Part shown: positions 40,813 to 49,732 of the stretch, one piece after another
How positions within the stretch are numbered: position 1 is the stretch's first letter
Layout: every line of letters begins with the position of its first letter
Assembly: GCA_963780225.1 (NCBI GenBank)
Contig: CAWAAX010000009.1
Location: 128,001-192,000 of the forward strand
Origin: an uncultured bacterium
Lineage (GTDB): Bacteria; Edwardsbacteria; AC1; EtOH8
DNA: 64,000 nt
Direction of reading: 5' to 3'
Translations under genes and position numbers: made by a program
The notes under the pieces: model-generated
Database searches by the model: none
Seen by the model: the letters and a program-made list of their open reading frames with translations, nothing else
Told to the model about the DNA's origin: nothing

Positions 40813-42132
40813 ATGGCCAAAGTAAAAAAAGCCGTAAAAAAGAAAACCGTCAAGAAAACCGTCAAGAAAACCGTCGTAAAAAATACCTCTAAAAAACTGG
40901 TCCAGAAGAAAGCCAAAGTCCCGGCCAAAGCCAAGAAGGTCAAGAAAGTTCTACGCCGTCAACCGATAAAGCAGAAGGCAAAAAACAAAATCGCCAAGGC
41001 TACCGGGAAAAAAGTGGTGAAGGCGAAAGCGGTCAAAAAGACGGTAAGCCCCAAAGCGGCCCTGTCCGAGCCCTTGATCCTGGTTCTCAACCCCGGATCC
41101 ACCTCCACCAAGGTGGCGGTCTACCGGGGGGCGAAACCTCTGGTCTCCGAGTCCATAGACCACGACAAGGCCGAGATCGAGAAATACGCCAGGATAGTGG
41201 ACCAGTATCCCATGCGCAAAACCGTGATACTGGACTTTCTAACCCGCAACAAGATCGAACTTAAAACGCTGGCCGCGGTGGTGGACCGGGGCGGGCTGCT
41301 TAAGCCCATTTCCTCCGGAACCTATGTAATCAATGAAGCCATGCTGAACGACCTGCGTGAGGCCAGGCGCGGCGAGCATATCTCCAACGTGGGGGCCTTC
41401 ATCGCCAAGGAGATCGCCGAGCAGTCAGGCGCCAAGGCCTTCATCGTGGACGCGGTCTCGGTGGACGAATTTTCTCCGCTGGCCCGGATCTCCGGGCTGG
41501 CTGAGATTGAACGCAAGTCCCTGTTGCACGCTCTTAACATGAGGATGGCTGCCCTGCAGGCCTGCCAGGAACTCAATAAAAAACTAGAGCAGGTCAACCT
41601 GATCGTGGCCCATCTGGGCGGAGGCATTTCCATTTCGCCGGTGGACCACGGAAAATTTGTGGACGTCAACAACGCCAACGAAGGCGGGCCGTTCTCGCCG
41701 GAGCGGGCCGGGGGCGTGCCCACCGGAGCCCTGGTCAAGATGTGCTTCTCCGGCAAATACACCGCCGATGAGATCAAGAAAAAACTGACCCGCAGCGGCG
41801 GGCTGTCGGCCTACCTGGGAACCAACAGGGCCAACGAGGTCAAGGACCGGGTGCTGAAAGGCGACAAGCAGGCCGAGGAGATATTCCGGGCCATGGCCTA
41901 CCAGATCGCAAAGGAGATCGGGGCCTGCGCCACGGTGCTGAAGGGGAAGGTGGACGCCATCGTGGTCACCGGGGGCGTGGCCCACAATCAGATATTCACG
42001 GATTGGATAAAAGAACGGGTAGCTTTCATCACTTCCCAATATTTTGTTTATCCCGGCGAGGACGAGATGCCGGCTCTGGCGGCCGGTGCGCTCAGGGTTT
42101 TAAAGGGCGTGGAGAAGGCCAGGGAGTACTGA
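40813..42132 (+). CDS. buk: Butyrate kinase with N-terminal Lys/Ala/Val-rich histone-H1-like extension
   Basis: NPGSTSTK, RGGLL, HALN, HLGGGIS, GPFSPERAG, PGEDEM; first ~81 aa low-complexity basic. Confidence 0.92.
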   Translation: MAKVKKAVKKKTVKKTVKKTVVKNTSKKLVQKKAKVPAKAKKVKKVLRRQPIKQKAKNKIAKATGKKVVKAKAVKKTVSPKAALSEPLILVLNPGSTSTKVAVYRGAKPLVSESIDHDKAEIEKYARIVDQYPMRKTVILDFLTRNKIELKTLAAVVDRGGLLKPISSGTYVINEAMLNDLREARRGEHISNVGAFIAKEIAEQSGAKAFIVDAVSVDEFSPLARISGLAEIERKSLLHALNMRMAALQACQELNKKLEQVNLIVAHLGGGISISPVDHGKFVDVNNANEGGPFSPERAGGVPTGALVKMCFSGKYTADEIKKKLTRSGGLSAYLGTNRANEVKDRVLKGDKQAEEIFRAMAYQIAKEIGACATVLKGKVDAIVVTGGVAHNQIFTDWIKERVAFITSQYFVYPGEDEMPALAAGALRVLKGVEKAREY

Positions 42133-42232
42133 ACTCCGCCGTGTCACCTCTCCGAATTTATTTATAGAGAGGTTTGGGTGAGGTTCCTGCAACACAAATT
42201 ATTACTAACAACCTAAACATAACGCAGCAAGG

Positions 42233-42610
42233 ATGTGCATGATGGCCCACCAGATAGACTTTGACCAGGTAAAGGGTATAATAAGGCTCATTCATTGGGA
42301 AAGCATACATAAGGAAGCTTTATTGGTATCTCATCAGGAATTGCTGGAAAAAATAAAAGAGATGGAAGCCCCGAAAATATTGATTGATTTGAGAGAAGCA
42401 ATCTTAAAGGTAGAAGATTGGGAAAAAAGGGAATTTGCCGAATGGCACAAGCAATATGTTACCAGAAAGGCTAAAATAGCCGCCTTGATACAGGTCAACG
42501 ATCCGAATTACAATGATTTTCAGCATCTTGAGACGTTGTTTAAAAATCGCGGGATCAATTTAAGGATGTTCGACAATGAGTATGCGGCGGAGAGCTGGCT
42601 GGCGGGATGA
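42233..42610 (+). CDS. Small STAS/SEC14 (SpoIIAA-like) hypothetical protein
   Basis: KILIDLR...KIAAL...MFDNEYAAESWL pattern; lower GC than flanks. Confidence 0.6.
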   Translation: MCMMAHQIDFDQVKGIIRLIHWESIHKEALLVSHQELLEKIKEMEAPKILIDLREAILKVEDWEKREFAEWHKQYVTRKAKIAALIQVNDPNYNDFQHLETLFKNRGINLRMFDNEYAAESWLAG

Positions 42611-42670
42611 ATAGTAAATGATAGTTCACTCGTAATCTTTATAAAAAAGCAAAAAACGGAGGAACCGCCC

Positions 42671-43741
42671 GTGCCCTTCAAAGTTCTGGCCATCAACCCC
42701 GGCTCTACCTCCACCAAGATAGCGGTGTATGAGGACGACAAACCGGTGTTCAAAGACACCCTGCGCCACTCGGCCGAGGAGCTGGCTCCTTTCAAGCGGA
42801 TCACCGACCAGTTTGACTTCCGCAAGGAAGTGATCGAGCAGTGCTTGGAGAAGGCCGGAATTCACGTCAAGGAACTTCATGCCATCATTGGGCGGGGAGG
42901 GCTGTTCAAGCCCATTCCCTCCGGCACCTACGCGGTCAACCAGGCCATGCTGGACTACATCAAAGCCGGCACCGGCGGGGACCACGCCTCGAATCTCGGT
43001 TGTCTGATAGCCGACGACCTGGCCCGGGATGCCGGAGTAAAGTCCTACATCGTGGACCCGGTGGTGGTGGATGAGCTCAACCCGTTGGCCCGCTACTCCG
43101 GACTGCCGGAACTGCCCCGGGTCAGCATCTTCCACGCCCTCAACCAGAAGGCGGTAGCCCGCCGGGCGGCCAGGGAACTGGGTAAAAGATACGAGGAGCT
43201 GAACCTGATCGTGGTGCACTTGGGCGGCGGGATTTCGGTGGGGATCCATGAAAAGGGAAAGGTGGTGGACGTCAACAACGCCCTCAACGGCGATGGACCA
43301 TTCGCCCCGGAGAGGGCCGGCGGCCTGCCCACCGGCGACCTGGTAAAAATGTGCTTCTCTGGCAAATACACCATCGACGAGATGAACAAGAAGCTGGCCG
43401 GCAAGGGCGGATGCGTTTCGCACCTGGGCACAAACGATGGCCGGGAGATGGAGGAGAAGGTCAAGGCTGGGGATGCCAAAACCACGCTAATCATCGAGGC
43501 CATGGCCTACCAAGTATCCAAAACCATCGGCGAGATGGCCACGGTGGTCAACGGCCGGGTGGACGCCATCGTGCTGACCGGTTCCTTCGCCTACTTCCCG
43601 GAATTCATCGAGTGGATCAAGGAACGGGTGAGCTGGATCGCCCCGGTAAAAATGTACCCCGGCGAGGACGAGATGACGGCCCTGGCCGAGGCCGGGATGA
43701 GGATACTGAAAGGCGAGGAGCAGGCCCGGGAGTACAAATAA
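42671..43741 (+). CDS. buk: Butyrate kinase (second copy)
   Basis: INPGSTSTK, GRGG, HASNLG, VDPVVVDE, HALNQKA, GDGPFAPERAG; GGAGG plus GTG start. Confidence 0.95.
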   Translation: MPFKVLAINPGSTSTKIAVYEDDKPVFKDTLRHSAEELAPFKRITDQFDFRKEVIEQCLEKAGIHVKELHAIIGRGGLFKPIPSGTYAVNQAMLDYIKAGTGGDHASNLGCLIADDLARDAGVKSYIVDPVVVDELNPLARYSGLPELPRVSIFHALNQKAVARRAARELGKRYEELNLIVVHLGGGISVGIHEKGKVVDVNNALNGDGPFAPERAGGLPTGDLVKMCFSGKYTIDEMNKKLAGKGGCVSHLGTNDGREMEEKVKAGDAKTTLIIEAMAYQVSKTIGEMATVVNGRVDAIVLTGSFAYFPEFIEWIKERVSWIAPVKMYPGEDEMTALAEAGMRILKGEEQAREYK

Positions 43742-43830
43742 AATCAGAATGCAAAGGCATAAGGCAGAATTGTAGAGGCAGTTTGGAAATTGTTGCTAAC
43801 CGGAAGTGAATCATTTTTAAGTTAACCTTC

Positions 43831-45069
43831 ATGAAAAAAATAGTATTGTTCACCACAATAATTGCTTTAGGTGCTAACCTGTGTTTTGGTAAAGATGAAC
43901 ATACTGCAATAGCAGTTATGAATATTACGGCTACTTCCGGAATTACCTTGGCTGAAGCGACTCAGCTTACCAAAAAGCTTTTAAATGAGCTGGTGTTACG
44001 TGATATGTATGATATGGTCGATCTGGATAAACGTGACGAGGTTCTTAAGGAACAGGGCTTTCAGCAGACCGGGGCCTGCGACGAAACCAGTTGCCTGGTG
44101 GAGGCCGGGAAATTACTGGGAGTGAAAAAGATCATTGGCGGCTGTATCGGGAAAGTAGGATCTGTTTATTCTGTTGAACTGCAGATGGTGGATGTTCTTA
44201 CCGGAAAGGTCGAAAAGGTCTATTCAAACCAATGTTCCGGCGACCCGGCCCGGCTGCTGGACCTGATGAAGGAGTCGTCCTACACTTTTGCCGGGATGAC
44301 TGCGCCGCCCGAAAAAACGGTATTGCCGGCCACCCCGCCCAGCGATCTGATCGTTTCTCCGAAAACCGTGTCAAACGAGTATGACCTCCCTCGAGGTCAG
44401 GTAGCCTTGTCAAGCGGTCTGGCGGTTTTTTTCCCCTTTAACGGAAATGCCCGCGATGAAAGCGGGAACAAAAATCACGGGAAAGTGAACAGCGCGGCGT
44501 TAACCTCCGACCGCTTCAACCGGACGGACCGGGCTTATTGGTTTGACGGCATAAATGACTATATTTTGGTTCCGGATGCTCCCTCCCTTGATCTCACCGG
44601 AGCAGTTTCGATATCCGTTTGGATCAGGCCGGACGTTACACCCCAGATTGAAGGTGCGGCCGTAGTTTGCAAAGGTTTTGGCACCGGCGATGAGGTCTAT
44701 TGCCTGGACATTACAACTTACGCTAATACCACATTAAGGTTTTTGATGTGGATCGGCGGGAGCTACAGGCAGAACATGACCACCGGCTGGCTGACCTCCG
44801 GCAAGGTCGGACAATGGGTGAACATCGTTGCCGTATTTGACGGGAAAGCCAGAAAATCGTGGCTCTTTGAGAACGGAAGGCTGATATCAAGCCAAAGCGG
44901 ATATCCCTCCGTCCTGGACTACAATGACCATCCGTTGTCCATAGGTAGCAGGGAACAACGCCGGGGCACCGATTATAACCTGTGTTTCAAGGGGGCCATC
45001 GATGACCTGCGGATATATAACCGCGTTTTGAATTTAAACGAGATCAAAGCACTGGTCAACGAAAAATAA
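43831..45069 (+). CDS. Exported protein: CsgG/LpoB-like N-domain plus LamG (ConA-like) domain
   Basis: Signal peptide; VLKEQGFQQTGAC...GKLLGV; FPFNGNARDESG...FDG..DY...FKGAIDDLRIYNRVL. Confidence 0.8.
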   Translation: MKKIVLFTTIIALGANLCFGKDEHTAIAVMNITATSGITLAEATQLTKKLLNELVLRDMYDMVDLDKRDEVLKEQGFQQTGACDETSCLVEAGKLLGVKKIIGGCIGKVGSVYSVELQMVDVLTGKVEKVYSNQCSGDPARLLDLMKESSYTFAGMTAPPEKTVLPATPPSDLIVSPKTVSNEYDLPRGQVALSSGLAVFFPFNGNARDESGNKNHGKVNSAALTSDRFNRTDRAYWFDGINDYILVPDAPSLDLTGAVSISVWIRPDVTPQIEGAAVVCKGFGTGDEVYCLDITTYANTTLRFLMWIGGSYRQNMTTGWLTSGKVGQWVNIVAVFDGKARKSWLFENGRLISSQSGYPSVLDYNDHPLSIGSREQRRGTDYNLCFKGAIDDLRIYNRVLNLNEIKALVNEK

Positions 45070-45095
45070 ATATAATAAACCTTAGGAATAATCTG

Positions 45096-45992
45096 ATGAT
45101 CAAATCATTTCCCGACCTGATGATCCAAGCCAAGGCTAAAGGCCCCAAAAAAGTTGCGGTGGCGGTAGCCCAGGACGAGGTGGTCCTTGAGGCTTTAAGC
45201 GACGCTTTCAAAGAGAAGATAGCCACGCCGATCCTTTTCGGAGACAAGAAGGCCATTGAAGCGGCCGCCCAGAAAGCGGGCGTGGACATAAAGGGCTGGG
45301 AGCTCCATGACATCAAGGACATGGCCGAGGCCAGCAGGGCCGCGGTTAAGGCGGTGTCGTCCGGCCAGGCCGATTTTCTGATGAAGGGCCTGGTGGCCAC
45401 CTCCACCTTCCTAAAGGCCGTGCTGGATAAGGAAGTGGGCCTGCGCACCGGAAGGCTGTTGTCCCATGTGGCTGTGATGGAATCGACGTCTTATCCCAAA
45501 TTGATTCTGGTCAGTGACGGCGGGATGAACGTCAAGCCCGACCTGATGGCCAAGGTGGACATCATTAACAACGCGGTGGAGATCGCCCAAAAACTGGGAG
45601 TGGAAAAACCAAAGGTGGCGGTGCTGGCGGCCGTGGAAGTGCTGAATCCTGAAATGCAGGATACCATAGACGCCGCCCACCTTTCCAAGATGAATGACCG
45701 GGGCCAGATCAAGGGTTGCCTGGTGGACGGGCCGCTGGCCCTGGACCTGGCGGTCTCGGCCGAGGCGGTGGCTCACAAGAAGATCAAGAGTCCGGTGGCC
45801 GGCGAGGCCGACATTTTCATAACTCCCGAGATCGCCTCGGGCAACATGCTGGTCAAGGGGTTGATCTACCTGGGCGGGGCCCAGGCGGCCGGAATAATAG
45901 CCGGTGCGGCCAGGCCGGTGGTGATGCTGTCCCGGGCAGATTCTAAGCAACAGAAGATAAATTCCATTGCTTTGGGAGTAGTCAGCTGCTGA
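45096..45992 (+). CDS. ptb: Phosphate butyryltransferase
   Basis: LMKGLV, LLSHVAV, PKVAVLAAVE, VDGPLALDLA, VAGEADI, MLSRAD. Confidence 0.92.
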   Translation: MIKSFPDLMIQAKAKGPKKVAVAVAQDEVVLEALSDAFKEKIATPILFGDKKAIEAAAQKAGVDIKGWELHDIKDMAEASRAAVKAVSSGQADFLMKGLVATSTFLKAVLDKEVGLRTGRLLSHVAVMESTSYPKLILVSDGGMNVKPDLMAKVDIINNAVEIAQKLGVEKPKVAVLAAVEVLNPEMQDTIDAAHLSKMNDRGQIKGCLVDGPLALDLAVSAEAVAHKKIKSPVAGEADIFITPEIASGNMLVKGLIYLGGAQAAGIIAGAARPVVMLSRADSKQQKINSIALGVVSC

Positions 45993-46045
45993 TGCCCCGT
46001 GCTGACAAGGCCCTGTACCAGATCAAGAATACCGGCAAGGAGTTG
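45992..46045 (+). pseudogene. Fragment resembling the C-terminal helix of a GGDEF domain
   Basis: RADKALYQIKNTGK compared with KADKAMYRVKETGK at the end of the DGC (~16770-16815). Confidence 0.6.
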
Positions 46046-46100
46046 GTTTTCATAAGTTGTCCCTTGGGCTGGATTTCAACCAGAAACGACCAAATGAAAA

Positions 46101-47258
46101 ATGAAAACAGTTGTAATAATAACTGCCTTGGCTGGCATCGCGCTGGCTGCATTTCAAACCAGGGCTTCTGATCTTAAGACACCACCGGAGAAGGGTAAAA
46201 CAATGGATTTCATCTCGGTCATACCGAAAATAGTAGGCGGGTTCGACATCAATAAGGGGGATATCATACTAGTCCAGCTATGGGGCGAGGACCGGGACCT
46301 TCCTCTGCTGGACTGCTTTGCAATCGAGATCGGTAAACGGGGCGGCATTCCGGTAAAGTGGCAACAGTCTCGGGATTTCCTGGGAAAATATTTTTCCGAA
46401 GTGCCGCCGGAAAACCTTGACTTCCCGGACGCATATTTTGACGCCTTTAAGTCCGCCGGCACCGTTATAGATGTCCTGACCCATTCTCCGGCCCCTGGCT
46501 CTGGCCTGTCCAAGGATCGATATCCCAAATACGGGGCTTACATCAGAAAGCTTTTCATGTCGGCGGCTTCTAAAAAATACTTCATCCAGGTATTCGTACC
46601 AACCGAGGAGAACGCCGAAGAGGCCGGGATAGATTTCAATATTTTCCGGACGACCCTGATGTCGGCGTTGGATATAGATGTCAAAAAGATCAAAGACCAA
46701 TGTAGTTTTCTGGCAGATAAATTCAAAAACATGGATCAAGTGAATATCCATACTGGCGGCGGCAAGGTATTCAGTTGCAGGCTCAAAGACCGTCAATGGC
46801 ACAAGGATGATGGGACGGGGGCGGTGCCCTGCGGCGAGGTCTACATCTCACCGCTGGAGGAGAGCGGTCAGGGGCAACTGCTGGTGCCAGAGGTGTATCT
46901 GAACGGGCAAAAATACCGGGATGTACTGTTGACCTTCAAGGACGGAAAACTCGTGGCAACCAGCGATCCGGAGATCTTGAAAATAATCACCGCTTTCCCC
47001 GGGGATTGCGACCGGCTGGCCGAGTTCGGGATCGGCTTCAATCCCGGGGTCACCAAGCTGATTGGCTATGTTCCCACCGATGAAAAGATGGCGGGGACCG
47101 TTCATGTGGCGGTGGGCATGAACAACCTGGTCGGGGGAAAGAATGATTCCCCGCTTCACCTTGATTTCGTGGTCCGCCCCAGCCGGGTTGAGCTGGACGG
47201 CACAGCCATTATAACTAATGGTGATTTTTCCAAAGACATCAGGGACCGGCTCAAATAG
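46101..47258 (+). CDS. Aminopeptidase, M29-like metalloprotease
   Basis: PCGEVYISP, LAEFGIGFNP, DEKMAGTVHVAVG, SPLHLD. Confidence 0.82.
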   Translation: MKTVVIITALAGIALAAFQTRASDLKTPPEKGKTMDFISVIPKIVGGFDINKGDIILVQLWGEDRDLPLLDCFAIEIGKRGGIPVKWQQSRDFLGKYFSEVPPENLDFPDAYFDAFKSAGTVIDVLTHSPAPGSGLSKDRYPKYGAYIRKLFMSAASKKYFIQVFVPTEENAEEAGIDFNIFRTTLMSALDIDVKKIKDQCSFLADKFKNMDQVNIHTGGGKVFSCRLKDRQWHKDDGTGAVPCGEVYISPLEESGQGQLLVPEVYLNGQKYRDVLLTFKDGKLVATSDPEILKIITAFPGDCDRLAEFGIGFNPGVTKLIGYVPTDEKMAGTVHVAVGMNNLVGGKNDSPLHLDFVVRPSRVELDGTAIITNGDFSKDIRDRLK

Positions 47259-47320
47259 CCCGGGACCTTTAATTTCAAAAACAACATCAAAACATAAAAC
47301 AAACAACCATAGGAGAACAA

Positions 47321-48226
47321 GTGACACAAGTTACCTCATTGAAGCAGATGGCGGAACTGGTCAAGGGCGGTCCCTTAAAAAGAGTGGCCGTGGCCTGCGG
47401 TCAGGATCCTGATATCCTGGGTGCTTTGGCCCGGGCAGTCAACGAAAAGTCGGCCAAGGCCATTTTGATCGGCGATCAAAAGAAAACCGAAGCATTGGCC
47501 AAAGAGCATAATATCGATCCCAAGATATTCACTCTGATCGACCAGCCCGATTATAAAAAGGCGGCCACCCAGGCGGTGGAAATGGTCAAAAAGGGCGAGG
47601 CCGACGTACTAATGAAGGGCCTGATAGATACTGCGGTTTACGCCCGGGCCTATTTGAACAAGGAAACCGGATTGACCACCGGAGCCACCGTCTCCCACGT
47701 GGCGGTGTTCGAAGTACCTAATTATCCCCGGCTGCTGATCCTCACCGATGCCGCCCAGATACCCTACCCGGACTTCGGGCAGAAAGTGGACATGATCAAC
47801 CATGCTGTTTCGGTGGCCCATAAACTGGGGATAGAGACCCCTAAGGTGGCGGTGCTGACCGCTACTGAAAAAGTCAACCCCAAATGGCCCTGTAGTCTGG
47901 AAGCGGCCCAGCTGGCCAAGATGGCCGACCGGGGGCAGATCAAGGGATGTATTGTGGACGGGCCTCTTTCGATGGATGCCGCAGTTTCACCTGAATGCGC
48001 CGCAGGGAAAGGCCTCAAATCACCGGTGGCCGGCTACGCCGACATTCTGGTCTGTCCGGATATTCACGCCGCCAACATCCTTTATAAAACTTTAGCCCAG
48101 CTGGCCAAGGCGGAGCTGGCGGCCATGGTCATCGGCACCAGTGCCCCGGTGGTGCTGACTTCGCGCACCGATTCCGACGAGACCAAGTTCATGTCCATAG
48201 TGCTTTCGGCGCTGATGGCAAAATAA
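47321..48226 (+). CDS. ptb: Phosphate butyryltransferase (second copy)
   Basis: LMKGLI, SHVAV, PKVAVL, VDGPLSMDAA, VVLTSRTD; AGGAG plus GTG start. Confidence 0.92.
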   Translation: MTQVTSLKQMAELVKGGPLKRVAVACGQDPDILGALARAVNEKSAKAILIGDQKKTEALAKEHNIDPKIFTLIDQPDYKKAATQAVEMVKKGEADVLMKGLIDTAVYARAYLNKETGLTTGATVSHVAVFEVPNYPRLLILTDAAQIPYPDFGQKVDMINHAVSVAHKLGIETPKVAVLTATEKVNPKWPCSLEAAQLAKMADRGQIKGCIVDGPLSMDAAVSPECAAGKGLKSPVAGYADILVCPDIHAANILYKTLAQLAKAELAAMVIGTSAPVVLTSRTDSDETKFMSIVLSALMAK

Positions 48227-48246
48227 TCCGCAGAGCGGATTATTTT
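48221..48246 (+). terminator. Probable intrinsic terminator after ptb
   Basis: aaataatccgc aga gcggattatttt. Confidence 0.6.
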
Positions 48247-48270
48247 GCCGCTGGAGAAGCGAAGCACGGG

Positions 48271-48500
48271 GTCCGGCCGATGTTTGAGATGCCGGCGTAC
48301 AAGCCGGGCAACGTTTGAGGTGCAATAATAAAAGCCTGGCGATGTTGGAATCGTTCAATCGTTGATTGGCAGCTTTGCTCAGCATTTCAAACGTCGCCTG
48401 ACCCGCTTGCCTTGCATCTCAAACATCGTCAGACAATTAAAGGCTGGCACCTCAAACGTAGCTGGACATACTTTGATTGGCATCTCGGTCGTCGCCTCGC
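48271..48500. repeat. Array of seven ~21-bp repeats, three in one orientation and four inverted, period 31-33 bp
   Basis: Core GCAYYTCAAACRTCG at 48382, 48414, 48447, 48480 (last degenerate); reverse complement at 48278, 48309, 48340 (last degenerate). Confidence 0.8.
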
Positions 48501-48562
48501 AGGTTCCTCTTGACTTTAACTGGGTTATATCTTATCCTTAATAAAACACAGTAAGAAAAATC

Positions 48563-49003
48563 ATGAAAATAGCCATCGGTACCGATCACCGCGGATTTGC
48601 CTTAAAAGATCAGATCAAAGCCGCCTTTTCCCCGGATAATCTTGAATTCATTGATTTCGGGGCCCAGAACCGGGAACCCTGCGACTATCCCGATTTTGCC
48701 ATTCCGGTGGCCCAGGCGGTGGCCAAAGGCCAGGCAGACAAGGGCATTCTGGTTTGCAGTACCGGCAACGGCATGGCCATCGCGGCCAACAAGGTCAGGG
48801 GGGTGCGGGCGGCCATCGCCATGACCCCGGACATGGCCCGCTACTCGCGGCTGCACAACGACGCCAACATCCTGGTGCTTCCGGCCGACTACATAGACCT
48901 GCAGCTGGTTCCCAAGATAGTAAAGGTCTGGCTGGAGACCGGGTTCGAAGGAGGCCGCCACCAGCGCCGGGTGGACAAGATAACCAAATACGAAAACGAA
49001 TAA
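48563..49003 (+). CDS. rpiB: Ribose-5-phosphate isomerase B
   Basis: DHRG, DYPD, CSTGNG, ANKVRGVRA, HNDAN, FEGGRHQRR. Confidence 0.95.
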   Translation: MKIAIGTDHRGFALKDQIKAAFSPDNLEFIDFGAQNREPCDYPDFAIPVAQAVAKGQADKGILVCSTGNGMAIAANKVRGVRAAIAMTPDMARYSRLHNDANILVLPADYIDLQLVPKIVKVWLETGFEGGRHQRRVDKITKYENE

Positions 49004-49037
49004 AAATAAAATAAAACGAAGAGCCTTCATTCATTAG

Positions 49038-49706
49038 ATGAAAAACTATTTGGCCCTATGCCTGGCTATTCTGGCATTCAGCACCCCGGCCCTGGCAGCC
49101 GGTGACAAGCCCGGACTGAAGGCGGGCGACCCGGCACCCCCCATAGTATTGAAGAACCTGGACGGCGGTTCCACCTTTTACCTCCGCGATTACTGCGGGC
49201 AGGCCCGGACGCCCCGCACCCGCCAGGAGCGGGATGTGGTGGTCTTAAGTTTTTTTACCACCTGGTGCGAGAACTGCAAAAAGGAGATCCCCTGCCTGCA
49301 GGAGATGGCCTCGCGCTTTGCCGGGGACAGCGTCCGCTTTTACCTGGTGAACGTGGGCGAAACCCGGGACACGGTGGAGGCCTACATCTTCCAGCGGGTG
49401 ATCTCACTTCCCATCCTGCACGACGAGTTCTCGGTTACCTCCCAGAAGTACAAGGCCAACAGCCTGCCCACTTTGGTGGTGATAGACAAAATCGGCAACA
49501 TCGCCGAATATCATGTGGGCTTTCAGGCCGGTTACGAGAAGGAACTTGAATCCAGGCTTAACCTTTTGCTGGGCAAGACCCGGCCCGAAAGTTTGGCGGC
49601 GGTGCTTCGACAGGGCTTAGCGCCCGCGCCGGACAGCATAAAAGCTGACAGCGTCAAGGCCAAGCCCAAGAGCAATGGAAAGAAAATAAAACCCAAAAAC
49701 ATCTAA
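49038..49706 (+). CDS. Exported TlpA/ResA-like thioredoxin
   Basis: Signal peptide, FFTTWCENC..EIP, LPTLVVID. Confidence 0.88.
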   Translation: MKNYLALCLAILAFSTPALAAGDKPGLKAGDPAPPIVLKNLDGGSTFYLRDYCGQARTPRTRQERDVVVLSFFTTWCENCKKEIPCLQEMASRFAGDSVRFYLVNVGETRDTVEAYIFQRVISLPILHDEFSVTSQKYKANSLPTLVVIDKIGNIAEYHVGFQAGYEKELESRLNLLLGKTRPESLAAVLRQGLAPAPDSIKADSVKAKPKSNGKKIKPKNI

Positions 49707-49732
49707 ACAACACAGGGTAAGGCAAAAACAAA

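Noticed and set aside
48271..48500. CRISPR array interpretation of the repeat array
   Set aside because: Repeats are degenerate, spacers are only ~10-12 nt, orientation flips mid-array and no cas genes are present
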